From assembly GCA_050575255.1 (NCBI GenBank), contig JBNZDD010013567.1:528842-592841 (forward strand): a stretch of 64,000 nucleotides of DNA, written 5' to 3'. This DNA is from Harriotta raleighana (taxonomy: Eukaryota). Under the pieces are notes generated by a model. It did not search any database. It was given only the letters and a program-made list of their open reading frames with translations, and had not been told where the DNA came from. Positions 35,929 through 49,110 of this stretch are shown piece by piece (the stretch's first letter is position 1; every line of letters begins with the position of its first letter). The translations under genes and the position numbers were made by a program.

Positions 35929-38228
35929 AAACCTTTGGATGTGTTACGATTTCTTCTTTGAATTGCAGCTCCTTTCCTGGTGGTGGGAAGGTTACTTGCT
36001 GATGTCTGGGATTTATCCTCAGCACAGAAGCTCCCTGAGAGAAAAAAAAAGGAATGGGCTCATCTATGCTTGAATAGAATGTCAACGCTTGCTGATCACT
36101 TGGTCAAAGCACTGGAGGCATCCTTTGTGACACTATCCCAGTGGAAGGGAAAGAAAAGTCAAACACTTTTCTTGTGAATTTTACCTTATTTTTATGCCAT
36201 ATTCATAGATAGCTTGGGCAGGATCCTGTGTTTGTCATGCACAGTTGACCAAAATCATGCATTTCACTGATGCCATGTTATAGCCCAGCGATTTGCAGAC
36301 AAGGGCCCAATATCATACTGTGTGCAGTATTTATCTTCGACCACAATGTGGGGCTGTTTGCAATCTCCACTGTGCCTTGTTTGCTTGTTGGGGTTCGTTA
36401 GTGTTTGCCCTTGGCAGAGAATTGAAAACTACATAGCAGTTTAATCATAATTGTATCCCTGTAATATTTATCCCTGTTGAGAAAATTTCATTGCAGATTG
36501 AAAATCTCACATTGTACGAGAGAAAGCAAGAAAATTTACAAAATTGTCCGCTGAGTGTTTTGGGCAAAAGAAAAAAAAGACTTGGAACAAAGACTGGAGA
36601 GGAGGGAAATGAGAAAGCATGGAACAGTAAAACCACCCTTTGACCTGCTCCTTTCCAAACTCCATGCCAAACCTACATTAACAACAAATTGCCTTTAGAT
36701 AACTTGTTTCACATCCCAAGGTGCTGGTTACCTACCTATCATCTATATGTTTTGAGAGAAAACTTGACACTAGTTTATCAACAAATCTCCATAAATCTAC
36801 CAAAGCCAACATTTTCTCAAGCCACTGAAACTAATTGTCGGGTCCCTAGTAGTACTCTAGGGTGAGACTAATTAACTCAGTATAACCTGAAAATGTACCT
36901 GGGGACCTTCCAGATCTACAGTGCTCAGTGGTTATCGGTGCAAACTTGCTGTATTATCAGGGAAGTTTTAATCTTAGTTTTAAAGATTAGAATGCTGTGT
37001 TATAAATATGTAGCATCAGATTATTTGCCCTCTGTATGAACACATTGAGGTATCTTAACAAAATCCTATTCCTTTGAGTAAATGATTGAAGTTTAGTTGC
37101 TTATAGTATATCTGTTCAGCTAGAGTTTGAAAGAATTGATAGTTTTTTAAAAATTATTTAATGTTTCATACATTACAACTGGCTTTTGTTTTCTTCTGCA
37201 ATTTGACCTATTGTCTGAAGGGCAGAGGCTGTGTTAAGTTATCTCATGGGAGTGCTATCTTGAAGTCACACAAGAGAAAGCAGTCACGCTTCACTCATTT
37301 TATAGCCTATTAATTAGAGAATTAATTTAATTACTTGAAATTTGAATGAAACAAATGACAATATCTGCCTCTTTATTAACTGGTTAAAGTTGAACCTCGT
37401 GTGAGGAATGATGCTTTCAAAACTTCTGAAATTTAGATATTTACGCTTTGATCCCCTCTGGGACAAAGTATCTCAGTACCACTTGAGTGAGAGATTGTGA
37501 GCATCACCACTGTTAGTAACAGATGACTGCTCTGTCAGTAGACAAATAGGCAAAGAGTCTTTATTTCCCTGTTTGTTGTCATGCTTAATAATTGCAATAT
37601 TCTTGTATTTGATATAGTGTCATTCACATCAGGCAGATGTCTCAAAGGGGCTTTATAGAATCCAATGTAAAGGACAAGGGCTGTGTATTTTGTAAGCGAA
37701 TGGGAAAGATTATTCTGCAGCTTGCATTGGATAGGATTGTTTTTGAGCTCTGAATGAACTTCTTAGAAGTGCCACAGAAGATATTCCAATACTCAGAGAA
37801 TGATTGTTTCACTCTGCATAATATACACATTGCAAATCTCCTAATCTTACTGCATTTTTGATGGTTGTTGTCCCACATGCATCTCATTGGGCATTGCCTT
37901 CATATAATTAAAAGTGTTTCTGAGTAATGCAATTGATGGGATTATGCAGGACACCAATCTTGCTGCCGTCATACATCAATCCGTTGCTCTCAGAAGGCCG
38001 AAAAAATGGAATAATTATCACAAAGGATTTTGCTAAAAATATTCACTCGATTTATTTCAGACAATTTTAAGATCTGTCATAACTCACATTGTTTTGTCTC
38101 TGACTTCAAAGAGCAGTTTCATTTGGTAACGGAAGGAAGAAGAGTAGCATCATCAGAATTACATGGAAATGCCTCCAAATGTTTCACATTGGTGCAGGGC
38201 TATGTTAAGTATGGAAGCTTGATTGTTT

Positions 38229-38452
38229 GGTGGCTATAGTTTGTAAGCACAGTGTCTGTACTCTCAAGTCTGGGACCTGAGTTTGAATCCTGCTCGGGTT
38301 GATGGAGTAATAGTCTCTTTTTTTTGAGCCACAAGTAAAATTAAATGAAGCCATTGGCTACAATTATATTAGATAGGCATTTTCTGTCCAGTTTTTAAGG
38401 AGTGCAGGGCAGCACCATAAAACTGCTCACCATTTGGCACAAATTGCCCATG
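38229..38452 (+). mobile_element. LF-SINE-like element (tRNA head and body)
   Basis: ctgggacctgagtttgaatcc is a B-box region. gtccagtttttaaggagtgcagggcagcaccataaaactgctcaccatttggcacaaattgcc resembles the recalled LF-SINE body gtccagttcctagtggacagg...cacaaaacc...aattggcactaattggc. Confidence 0.5.
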
Positions 38453-40379
38453 TGATGACTTTACTCAGGTGGACACAGCTGGCATGATAACAGGCAGATT
38501 TTACACTAGTGCAAACAGTGATGCGTTTCTGATGTTGGGATTTAGACATATTTTTCAGACAAAGTGGAGGAAGTTATACTTGGTGGCTCTGTGTGGTTTG
38601 CTTGACCCACAGCGTTTCACATCGATAATATGATTTCCTAGCCGTGGATGTGGCGAAGAATCCGAGTGTGGTCCAGAACTGTTCTGTCTTTCAAGTGACT
38701 GCGGGTTCCTGCTGCCAGTATGTTACACTTCAACCTATTGCAGATTTGCCAGGTTGTCTGAGAAGCTGGGGATCCAGTATTCGCTTTAGTGATTATATAT
38801 TATAGAGTTAATAACACAAATTGTATTCTTCTTATAGGTATCAGATCTCTCAAAAAAAAACTCAATTGAAAGTCAAGCAGGTAAAAGAGAGGGGAAGTTG
38901 AAAAAAGGAAAATAATCAACTGAAATATCAATATGTTTTTTAAGTAATACTAATTGCAGAAACCTGCATTTATTAGCAACTGCATCGAACAAGGCAGACA
39001 GTGAGAGGTACTCTGTGTAGAAATCCGAAACTGACTCGTGGATGTATCGATTGTGATGGATTTCTGGACCTGAACCAGTTTGAGGAGACGACACTCCACT
39101 GGTTGTTTTTGTCATAATAACAAAACATAGAAAGATTGGTTCGCTTTCTCTCAAGAGAGTAAGATTCAGTACACAAGGAAGAAGCAATATCTGAACAGGA
39201 AACCCCCCAGAAATGTTTCATGTGGATAATTATAATAATGCTTGCATTTGATATCACGTTGGCGAGAATTGTGCGAGAGAGAGAGAGAGGTGGGGGAGTG
39301 GGGAAAGGAGATTTGGGTAAGAGAGAGCAATACTGTGGGGTGGGAGAGAGCAGCTTTTTGCTGCTTTTGTTGAGCATTCTGTAGTTTGCCTACTGGAACA
39401 GTAGTTGAATTTGTGGTAATAGGATGCAAAGTCTTAATTTTGACCGAGAAGCTTCAGTTTTTCATTCTTCCTCCTCTTTCTCTCTCGGTCACCCCTAGCT
39501 CAGAAGAAACTCTGTGGATTTCACGGTGGCATGCCTCAGTTGGCTCCCCCATGGCTTGTTGCAACAGATTTCGATGCACATTTGGGTACGTTGGCACCAA
39601 CCCAAAGTTCCTATTTCAGTTCTGGAGGCAGCTAAAAACTGTGTTAAAGCTGCATGAAATTACATGCAAATTGGACACCCAACACTCTGCATAGCTTTCA
39701 CAGACATCTTTTTCACAATGGTTTGGGCAGTGGCTTCACATGGATGTGCATGTCCATCCAGGAGCCATCCCACCCTGGAAATGCTGAGACCCTGTTCTAA
39801 CTAGGACATCGACCTCAATATCCCCAAACACGATATAAATATGCATCTGTCTGTGTTTGTTTCAAGGACACATAAAATAAAAGGCAGTGTAGCATCGCAG
39901 ACAGCAAACTCCTATTTCAGTTTGCATTGAACATTTCTGGTTATGGTGGAACTCTCTGTAATCTGCTGTTACACACATTTTTAATTATGTTAGTCTTCTC
40001 CAGATGGTGTTGCTAGTTGTCCCCCAACAAACTCACAAATATTGTTAATTGCCTAAAACTTCATCTGTGATGTATACGGATGAGGCTCTAATTGGCCAGG
40101 GTTTATTTTGCACCATCAGAACATCAGTATTTTCCCCCGAAAATAATCTTTATTCATAACATAAGCAATAAAACAACTAAAAAATGTTGTAGTATAAAAA
40201 CTGTATAAGCTCATTGTCAAATATTTTCATATCTAACCAATCTTCTTTTCTCCACTTAAGCTACTGGTCTTGATATCACCCCCCCTTGTCTTTAGATTCG
40301 CCAACCAGCAGAAAAAATCTTTTATTATTACCTTCTCTAAAAACTTCCAGACCTTTGAAAACTTTCATTACATCCCCTG

Positions 40380-40525
40380 TTGACTTTGTGGAACATTGCT
40401 GCATGCAAATTGGCTGCTGTGTTTGCCCACAGAACACCCACAGTCAAAACACATTACAGCATATGAAGCTCTCGGAGATGTCTCGATGATGTGATGTGGT
40501 GTTATATCAAATGCAAGGATTATTA
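40380..40525 (+). mobile_element. SINE 3' half
   Basis: tgtggaacattgctgcatgcaaattggctgctgtgtttgcccac...tatatcaaatgcaaggattatt. Confidence 0.8.
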
Positions 40526-40941
40526 AACCAAACATCACATGTAAGGGGCACTCCTGGGTTACATGTCGAAATATGTCAGTTCAAAGAAAAGTGCATTCTG
40601 GAGTATGCAATGTCACACAACCATGTTGCAGTTCTCAAATGCACATTTGCGCACCGGGCATTCTTGAATCACTGAGGTGAAGTTAAAATGATGGCAGAAT
40701 TTGGGGGAAGTGTATATAATTTAGTTGAGCCCAAGGAATGAATCTCAGGAATGACCTTCACACAGCTTAATGTCAGCTCAGAGTTATTGCAGAACATAAC
40801 TGGTCAAACTTTGGCTTAGTACAGATAAGAGATTGGAGCTAAGGGTAGTGACCTTTGACAATTCAAGTTCCTGCGTAGACCTCAAATATGTCCTACTCAT
40901 GGCCGTTTACTTTCCTTTGTAAATAATTAAGTCCCAACCCT

Positions 40942-41080
40942 CTGCGATGTCGTGTGCAGTTCTGGGCATCCCATTATAGAAGGAAAATCAGTTCACACAA
41001 ATGATATAGTCACAGAGATGAGTTCACCGGAACTGAAATGAATAAGAGGCGATTTAACAGACTTTTTCAAACTGATGGAA
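40942..41080 (+). mobile_element. CR1 LINE RT C-terminal fossil
   Basis: Translates to RVQFWASHYRR (cf. CVQFWAPHYRKD) and IRGDLTDFFKLM (cf. RLRGDLIEVFKIM), with an internal deletion. Confidence 0.7.
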
Positions 41081-41259
41081 CTTCATATTGATTGGATCCA
41101 ATCCTAACATTTGGCTTAAATGGTGTTTTTATGCTATTGTTATTTAAATATTACAAACCCTTATAGCAATAGTAAACATAACAATAATAGAATCATAGAA
41201 ATGTACAAAATATAATGTGTTTATTTAATCCTATTGTTATGGCCATCCTTTATATTCTG

Positions 41260-41400
41260 TACCTGACTACTTTCCCTTGAAACCCACAATGAACACTGAC
41301 TCCATATTTGTCAGGGCATTCCCTGTCCCAACAACTCCCAGTGTGAAAAAAGTTCTACTTTTGCTCTTCTTTCACCTACCTTATAACTATAGCCCCTAGA
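41260..41400 (-). mobile_element. CR1 LINE ORF2 end fossil
   Basis: Minus strand translates to RTFFTLGVVGTGNAL (cf. FFTQRVVxxWNxLP). Confidence 0.5.
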
Positions 41401-42888
41401 CACTAGCTTTAATATTGCAGGTATTTAAATCATTGTCTGGATCTTATATAAATCTAGTGTTTCAATCTTTATGTTCACAATTTGTTTTATTTCAGGTTAT
41501 ACTAATCAGGTTTTTTTTTTACATAATCAATGCTTTAATATGCTTTGAAAATCCTTTTCTTCTTACCCAGTACAGTACATGCAACCTGTGGACTTTGAAT
41601 TGATGAAACAATCTTAAAAAGTAATTAAACTCTTGGATAAGACATATTATATCTGTCCTGAACTAGTGTTCCTCGAGTTTCATCTATGATTATTATTATT
41701 ATATTTCTAGTAACAGAGGACATAGTTGAGTTCGGCAAGATAAATTTTGGACAAAATGGTGCTGAGTGAAATTAGCTTGTGTTTAAGTAATTTTTTTAAA
41801 TGCAAATCAGTTTATTTTCCAAGTATATCACTTTCTGAGAATGTTTTGACAAGAGGAAGTATTGTTCCCCCCTGTCTGATGATGAGTGCACTTCCTGTCA
41901 GCTGAATGATGAGTCACCAGTGTTATTGTCTGAAATCCTTTGCCCTTTTAACAATAAGACAATGCATGGAGGTGAGGAGTTGTCACTGAGGTCGAGAAAC
42001 CGTTTTTATATGAAGGAAACTTTACATCATTTAATTCTTCCGCCCACCACTTCCATTCTCAGTCAGCCTCTGGATAGTATTTTCTGAGGCAAACATTACT
42101 GTAGATTGTGTTTTGCTCTACAACTGCTAAAAATGTACGCTAATTAATATGGTTAACGCCACAAAAACAATGTAATTCCAGAGCAGTCTAAAATTAAATA
42201 CAGTACATGGAATTTTTAAATTATAATTTGACTGTTGACTAGCTGACTACATAAAAGTGAGTTGCTATCCTAAGGGTTAACAGAGATAGATTTTCTTTGC
42301 GATAAAGGAATCAGTTTTCCTTAGCTAATACAATGTCGCTATAAATGGACTTTTAACGATGTTGGATTCTGAAGACACCCTCAGATATAACGATCTCCAT
42401 CTCTTTTTCTTAACACTAACTTGTTTGCAACTGAATGCGCCATTGTCTGTTTTTTGTTTTGTTCTGTATGCATTATAACAGGTGTTGTTTTGGTTGTATT
42501 GTGGTGAGTTCTATTGGTAAAGAATCTGGCAGAAATGCCCCTGTGTTGCTACTTGGGTCAGGTTGCAACAAATCAAATATGTACAGTATCTTGCCGGCCT
42601 ACCCTTCCTGCGCCCCTCCTCCTCTTCATCACTACCCAATGCAATGCCAACAATTTGGTTGGATTCTTCCACTCTGTGAGGATCAGGTTTCAGTCGTGAC
42701 AATAGGAGAGGAACAAATAAAATGAATTGACAAGCGGGAGGCAATAGGAACACAGGAAAATATTCACCGCACTGAGCCTCAGTCACTAGTTCATTAGATC
42801 TTCGATGATTTTTAATTACAATGCAGAATAATTTAGGCTTTAGGCTCGGAGTGCTCTCACCCCATTGACATTCTGTGATTGGGGGATA

Positions 42889-43197
42889 ATAACAACAACA
42901 GCAAAATTACACTTGTATAGCATTTTTCACGTCAGGAGGACGTCCCAAGGTGCTGGAAATCATTGTTTCAGATGCGAGCTGGGGTCAGGGGCGGGGAGGG
43001 TGGAGGGAAAGGGAGGGATTTGGGGTGACCGTTTGGACTGTCGAAGACGAGGGTCTTGAGGTGGGATGTGAAGGAGGCCGGGGAGGGGGCAAGGTGGAGG
43101 GACTGCGGGATGGAGTTCCAGAGGTTGGGGGCAGAGTTGCTGAAGCCTCACCCATCAGTGGTGGGGTGAGTGGTGCGGGGTACATGGAGCAGGCTGA
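42889..43197 (-). mobile_element. L2 LINE 3' end, relatively young
   Basis: Minus strand translates to SLLHVPRTTHPTTDG*GFSNSAPNLWNSIPQSLHLAPSPASFTSHLKTLVFD (L2 ORF2 C-terminus with one stop), followed by a 3' UTR and (TTG)n tail. Confidence 0.88.
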
Positions 43198-43739
43198 TAA
43201 ATGGGACTTTTAGATAATAAAAATAAGCAATAATAATTAATATAATTAATAATAAATAGATTAGGAGTAAAAGGTCTTATTCCCAAATACCAGCTGGATT
43301 TATTATTTTGCAATGCCTTAAGTTAAATTCCTATTGTCAGCAAGGCAGTACCTCATTCACTGGATCACGATAACAAATATTGAGAAACAGGGCAGTGACT
43401 TCTGGATGATTCAGTGGTGCAGCAATTTGATGTAATTAATACTTTCATCTGGAATGGTAAAATGTGGGATCATTTGCAACATTTTGGGTGTGTATAAGAT
43501 CTCAGGTAGACTCCTGTGAGCCCTGCCAGAAAAATTGGTCAATGAACCAAACTCATTTCAACACACTTCGCACTGCAGATCCAATGTACTGTAATATGAC
43601 AGAGGCCTCTGGCAGAGGGGTTTTGTCTTGCATCTTGAATAAAGAATGATTCCCAGCACAAATGCATGACATGTGTAGGCGGTACATGAACAGGACATTT
43701 GTGCTGATTTAAAAATGTAGTTTGACTTTACAGCTCCAA

Positions 43740-43922
43740 TAATAAGAAAAATAATTCTTGCATTTTATATAGATCATGTTTTTGGATTGTCTCAAAGCGT
43801 TTCACAAGATATGCTGTAAATCGAATTGCCTGCGATTTTTTTGTGGGTGAAACTCAATAGCCGAATTGCACACAGCCACATCCCACAAACAGTCGTGGAT
43901 TGAGTGACAAAATTACTATTAC
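43740..43922 (-). mobile_element. SINE 3' half
   Basis: cttgcattttatatag...tctcaaagcgtttcacaag...cccacaaacagtcgtggattgagtgac. Confidence 0.8.
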
Positions 43923-45724
43923 TTTACCACTAAAGTAAAGTAAATGACAGCTGGAAAACAAATGACAGCTGGTTCTATTCTGTGCTCTCACTTACCCAAT
44001 AATCACTAAAATCTTTACAGAAATTTTAAAATCAATATTGCCTCATGCCAAAATGGCATATTTGTAAACTTACAAAAGAGATAAATTTTTGAAAAAAATC
44101 TTTGCGAGTGTTTGGATTCCATTTGAAGTTCTAAAATTACTTCACTTTGTCAATTTCACTTTGTCAATTAATTTTCAATAATACACTTACATGTAACTGT
44201 GGCCTGGAAGCACAAAGATTGAGTTTTCCCATTATGAATGCATGAAAATTATAAGCAATACAGAAGTTGGACGTGTTTAGGCACATTTTGGAACATTTGG
44301 TGGTTTTCTGTTTACAGTATATAGATAGTGGATTCTATTCTAAGCATTTGTATTTCATTCCCATTGTTTCCTAAATACGCACCCTAATTATATTCTGTTA
44401 ATGTTCTTTTTAAACAAAAATCTACCATCTCCTGAAAGAGTTGATTAATTTCAGTGCAGAAAAATGCACTGATAATTCATTACACATAGCATTTAACATC
44501 TGTGCGGAAGCTGATATTCCTTACTGTTTTATCAAATTTGACCTTCAAAGTAGTAAATGATTCAGTGAATTACCGAAGTTGCATCAGGCAATACGTAAAC
44601 AGTAACATTACAGCTGCAGCCACCCTGTAATGACTGCCAGAAACTCATTACTGTACTAATCACAGATCTTTTTCTCATACAATCCAGCTAACAAGACAGA
44701 TGGTAGAAGGAGTGTTCAAGTGCGTTAATAGGAGATAATCTTCCATTTATTTCCCCCGGCAAATTTTTTAACCCATTTCACATCAGCAATCTGTACGTAC
44801 ATAATACCATAATTAACAACACCAAGAATATAAATTTGTGAATATGCTGTGGCTTCGAATTGAGAATAAAACTTACTGTATTGGAAACATCTCAGTGAGG
44901 GAGAACAGGACATGGGCGAGAGGCTGGAAATAGAAGATTCAAAAACTCTGAATTAAACCATACAAGATGGAGATAAGAAAACGGTGGCTTTACACATATT
45001 CTTTTAATTAGAGGAATTTGGACCCATAATACATCATTTGGATCAGTCAGAAACACAAGCAGAGCAACACAGCATCAAATATGCTGAAAGGAAAATATAG
45101 CTTCTCACCAAGAAGCTACAATCAAGCTTTCTAAATATATTTTGTGCGTGGCTCAAACAGGAAATGTTGGTTCTGCAGTAAAAAAAATTGCATAAGTACT
45201 TTATGAACAGTTTACTGGATAAACAGAGCAGCATGCCGTATAATGCTTGAGCTGCTGGTGATAAGGTGATGATATATTTCCAACCAATGGAACTGAATCT
45301 TTAAAAAGCTTGATAGAGTAACGGGAGCTATCTAAACATGGGAGGCATTTATAAAACGCTCATCACATGCTCCAGTTTGTCTTGGCAAATCTCCAATGTC
45401 ATTGTTTATCTAACCAGCATTATAAACATCATTGATGCTGCTTTGAAGGTTAGCGGTTAAATCTTATAAGTGTATTGATAAGTTCAAAAAGTACTTTGAA
45501 ATTTAAATGGGATGAAACACTGTGAAAAATGGCATCTAATTTACTTTTACCCTGGGTGCCATTGAACACTGAAATTGATAGCGGGAGCTCAATGGCACAA
45601 TGTACATTTAAAGTTAAAATGTCAGAACATTTCGAAACCTTAACATGGCACATAAATAACTTTAGGAGAGGTTAGAAAACTGTGCTTGATAGATTAAGCA
45701 TTCTGGAGCCACTCTGAGAAGACA

Positions 45725-46000
45725 GATAATAATCCTTACATTTGATAAAAAGCCTTCTATGATTGAGATGCCTCAAAGCGCTTCATGGGATATTCTGTAA
45801 AGGGGACTGATCATATATTTTATGGGCAAAACGTAGTCAGTTGTACACAGCAATGTCCCACAAAACAGTCATGGAGTGAGTAATCAATTTGATTTGTCCA
45901 GGACCAACAGCGAGAAACTCTGTTCTCTTTTTGAACAGTGTTGTGCGATCATCAACGTCCATCTGACCAGGCAGACAAGACCACAGTTTAACTTCTCAGC
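45725..46000 (-). mobile_element. DeuSINE-like element with Deu domain
   Basis: Tail plus aactctgttctctttttgaacagtgttgtgcgatcatcaacgtccatctgaccaggcagacaagaccacagtttaacttctca, the antisense of the Deu-domain core as recalled from AmnSINE1/SacSINE1. Confidence 0.75.
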
Positions 46001-47404
46001 ATATTTGTCCAGAAATATCACATGCAACCATAAAATGAGAAAAGAATTGGAACTTGTGTATGCAGTGCGGCACATTGTTCCTGGTACATACAGTATATTG
46101 CCTCATCATGTCACCTACAGTACTCACATAAAAAAACAAATCTATATCTTAATGACATTTCTTTATTGGAACCAGTAATAAAATACAGATTTATAATGCC
46201 ATTACTCCAATTCTTCATCAAGTACTACATTTGTTACATTTGTTCCACAAAATAAGTGTGAAACCAATCATAGCAAAAGTAAATGTGGCACTAAGCAATT
46301 TAACATTGAATCTTATTTTTACAGCATCATTGCACATTAAAATCCCTGCCACACAACGTTTGGGTTCTGAATCAAATGTGGCTCCTTCAAGAACCATGCA
46401 AACATTATAAGAAGCAGCTGAATGGAACATTGGAGCCAATGTTTTGTTGAATTGCCTTAGTGATAGTAATTCCACAGTTCGTGACAGTAACAAATTACAT
46501 CTGTATAGGTAATTAAGTTTTACACTGTGAAACATTAAAGACATCTGTCAATAATTAACTTTTTGAATATCAATTAGATATTTTACAATGCACAACAATA
46601 TCATTGGGTTAAAATTATGACAAAGGCTTCAATGACTTTTCATATTTTCCATAGTCATTAGGTAATTATTTTTCAGGATTATATAAATGTAATTTGTTTG
46701 TTGTTTTAATTATCTGTAATATTTCTCTCAGGAAACACTGAGTTAACTTTCACACCTCCCTTGTAATCCGTTTACAATGATCAAACCTTTAAATAAGAGG
46801 AATTTGTCCTGTTACAGTAATGAGTTTTCAATCATTGCCGCTAAAGTAGTAAGTGATGACATCTTCCAAACGGACTCCTACTAATCTTGTGTACATACTT
46901 ATTATAATAATCTTGCATCTGTAGACTTGGTGTAATATTTGCGGAGACCTGAGAGCACTAGCCTCTTTGTTGTTTGTGACGTGGGGAAATCAAGGGAACT
47001 GGGAAGAAAAATATAAAGTGTTTATACTTCAGGCAAAAATCTTTGCCCATGTTCATCATGCTCAATAGGGATTGGCCCTATTTCAATTATATCTAGTGGT
47101 AGATCTATCATTGCTGAAAGGCCCATTCCCCCAAATAATCTTCAAAGGACAAGTGGTGGGTTACCTGGAAGGGAAGGCATAACAAAGTAGATTGATTCAG
47201 TAAATAGACAGATAGATAGCTATAATAGAAACAACAGAGAGATAACCATTGGTTCTACCTTAGTTTCAATTGGCTGAGACAGCCACATTGGAAAGTATAG
47301 ATTATGTCCCTGTGCAGGCGTGTTCCTCTTCCCTAGAGTTCAGAGAATACATTGAAGGCTAATCTAACCTTCACTCCAGCTTGCTATAAAGGGAGCTCTC
47401 CTAG

Positions 47405-47608
47405 AAACAAAATATTACAGATGCTGGAAATCTGACACAAAAACAGAAGTTGTTGGGAAAACTCAGCAGATCAGGCAGCATCCATGAAGAAAGGAAAGTG
47501 AGTCAATGTTTCGGGTCTGACCTGAAGGGTCGTGGAACTGAAACTTTCCTTTCTCCATGGAAACAGCCTGACCTGCGGAGTTTTCCCAGCAACTTCTGTT
47601 TTTGTTTC
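47405..47608. mobile_element. Palindromic chondrichthyan repeat, probably Penelope-terminus derived
   Basis: 62-bp inverted arms at 47437-47498 and 47544-47605 with about 7 mismatches. The centre contains gtttcgggtc and tgaagggtc..gaaac. It starts with the cagatgctggaaatctg leader typical of this shark repeat. Confidence 0.8.
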
Positions 47609-48014
47609 CCAGAAAGCTGGCTCTCTTGTTAGTGTCTGTGAATCAATCTAACCGGCCAAGTCCCATAAATTATTAAACAACAAAATTACAGATAGACAAT
47701 TGAACTTGTTTTTTCCTTTAAAGAAGTTGGCACTTTATTAACCTTGTGGGCAGGGTTAAATCTGTGGGCACCCAGGGAAATTTTGTCTTTTTCTCTTGTT
47801 GGACCTGTCCCTGATACTTCTCTGAAGGGAAGGATAATCTCTAGACGATATGAATTATATGCGCCGTTCCTGCGTTATTAGCAACTTTGTTTGTTATTTG
47901 AAATACTGACCTGAAAGAATGGATGGGATGATATGTAAAATTTATTGAGCGTTAGAGAGGGCACAAGCCTCAGTCACACTGCATCTCATAATTATACATA
48001 AGCGGTGTTTAATA

Positions 48015-48140
48015 TTATTATTATTAATAATAATAGTAATCCTTGCATTTCATATAGGGCCCTTCAGATCAGCAAGCATTTCAAAGTACTTCGTAGGATT
48101 CACTGTGAAGTGCAGCAACCGTATATTTCTGTAGGTGAAC
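48015..48140 (-). mobile_element. SINE 3' fragment
   Basis: (AAT)n-ccttgcatttcatatagggcccttcag...ttcaaagtacttcgtaggattcactgtgaagtg. Confidence 0.7.
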
Positions 48141-48754
48141 TACAATGATTTACCGGCTTTTGATAAAAAACAATAGAATAAAAAGAAAATTTCTATGCTA
48201 GTTGGATCAGGGATTTCTAATGGTTTTGTTGTCAGTCTCTGCATAAGCTCATTTGTGTCTGTTCTGTGACCAGGAAGGAAATGGAATGTGTAACTGTCCT
48301 GTGCTATGAAAAGCTATTTCCTCCCTGGTGACCAGAGTAATGTGAAAACCCACTGTGATCACATGATAAATTGGGTGGTGCACAGTGGTACCTAGTAGCA
48401 GTGAATCAAATAACTTGACTTATTTCCTGACTTCCTGGGCTTGATAGTTGTCCAATTGACATCAGGGTTCTTCATAACAGCACTGTATGTTGTTGGAGAA
48501 AGATTTATTCTGCATTTAGCCCTAACCGAACCTCCCACTGATTGCTTGTCACAGATTAAAGGGGTTCTTCTCCTCTGGTTTGGTAAATATACCATGGTGT
48601 GATTTTATTTCTTCTGAGACAATACCAGCACAGAATAAGATAGGGCTCACTCACCAAGGGGAGAAGTGTTTCTCACTCCACGAATGACATTCCTCACTGT
48701 GATGCCAACAAATTTTTATAAAGGAAATTTTGGAATTGCATAGTCAAAAGATGA

Positions 48755-49110
48755 CATTTCAGTTCAGTGCTATGGGGCTGGGGATGGGGGGTTGCATTAT
48801 CGGAGGTATGTCTTTTGGATGAGATATTAAACCAAAACCCTAACAGCCTGTACAGATGGATGTTGAAGATCAATGCACCATTCGAAAAGAGAAGGGAGCT
48901 TCTGTCGGTATTCTGGTCAATAAATCCCCTAAATAAAATTGGTTCCTCCCACCATGGCTCTTTGTGGGACATTGCTGTGTGCAAATTGGCAACCACAATC
49001 TCCCACAACATACAGTCTTTACAGTGTATCCTGTGAAACTGTTTTATTAGACATTTTGGCGATATTATTATAAGAGGCTTTATCAAATGCAAGGTTTATC
49101 ATCATTATCA
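48755..49110 (+). mobile_element. DeuSINE-like element with complete Deu domain and tail
   Basis: ggatgagatattaaaccaaaaccc...cagatggatgttgaagatc...gaaaagagaagggagcttct...ggtattctggtcaata...tgtgggacattgctgtgtgcaaattggc...atcaaatgcaag. Confidence 0.8.

Noticed and set aside
42950-43213. Gly-rich and Pro-rich ORFs on both strands
   Set aside because: They are by-products of the L2 3' fragment.
46218-46544. 108-aa minus-strand ORF, and similar 100-135-aa intergenic ORFs at 38973, 48694 and 49019
   Set aside because: No domain similarity or splice support. Several overlap repeats, and the lengths are within chance expectation for 64 kb.
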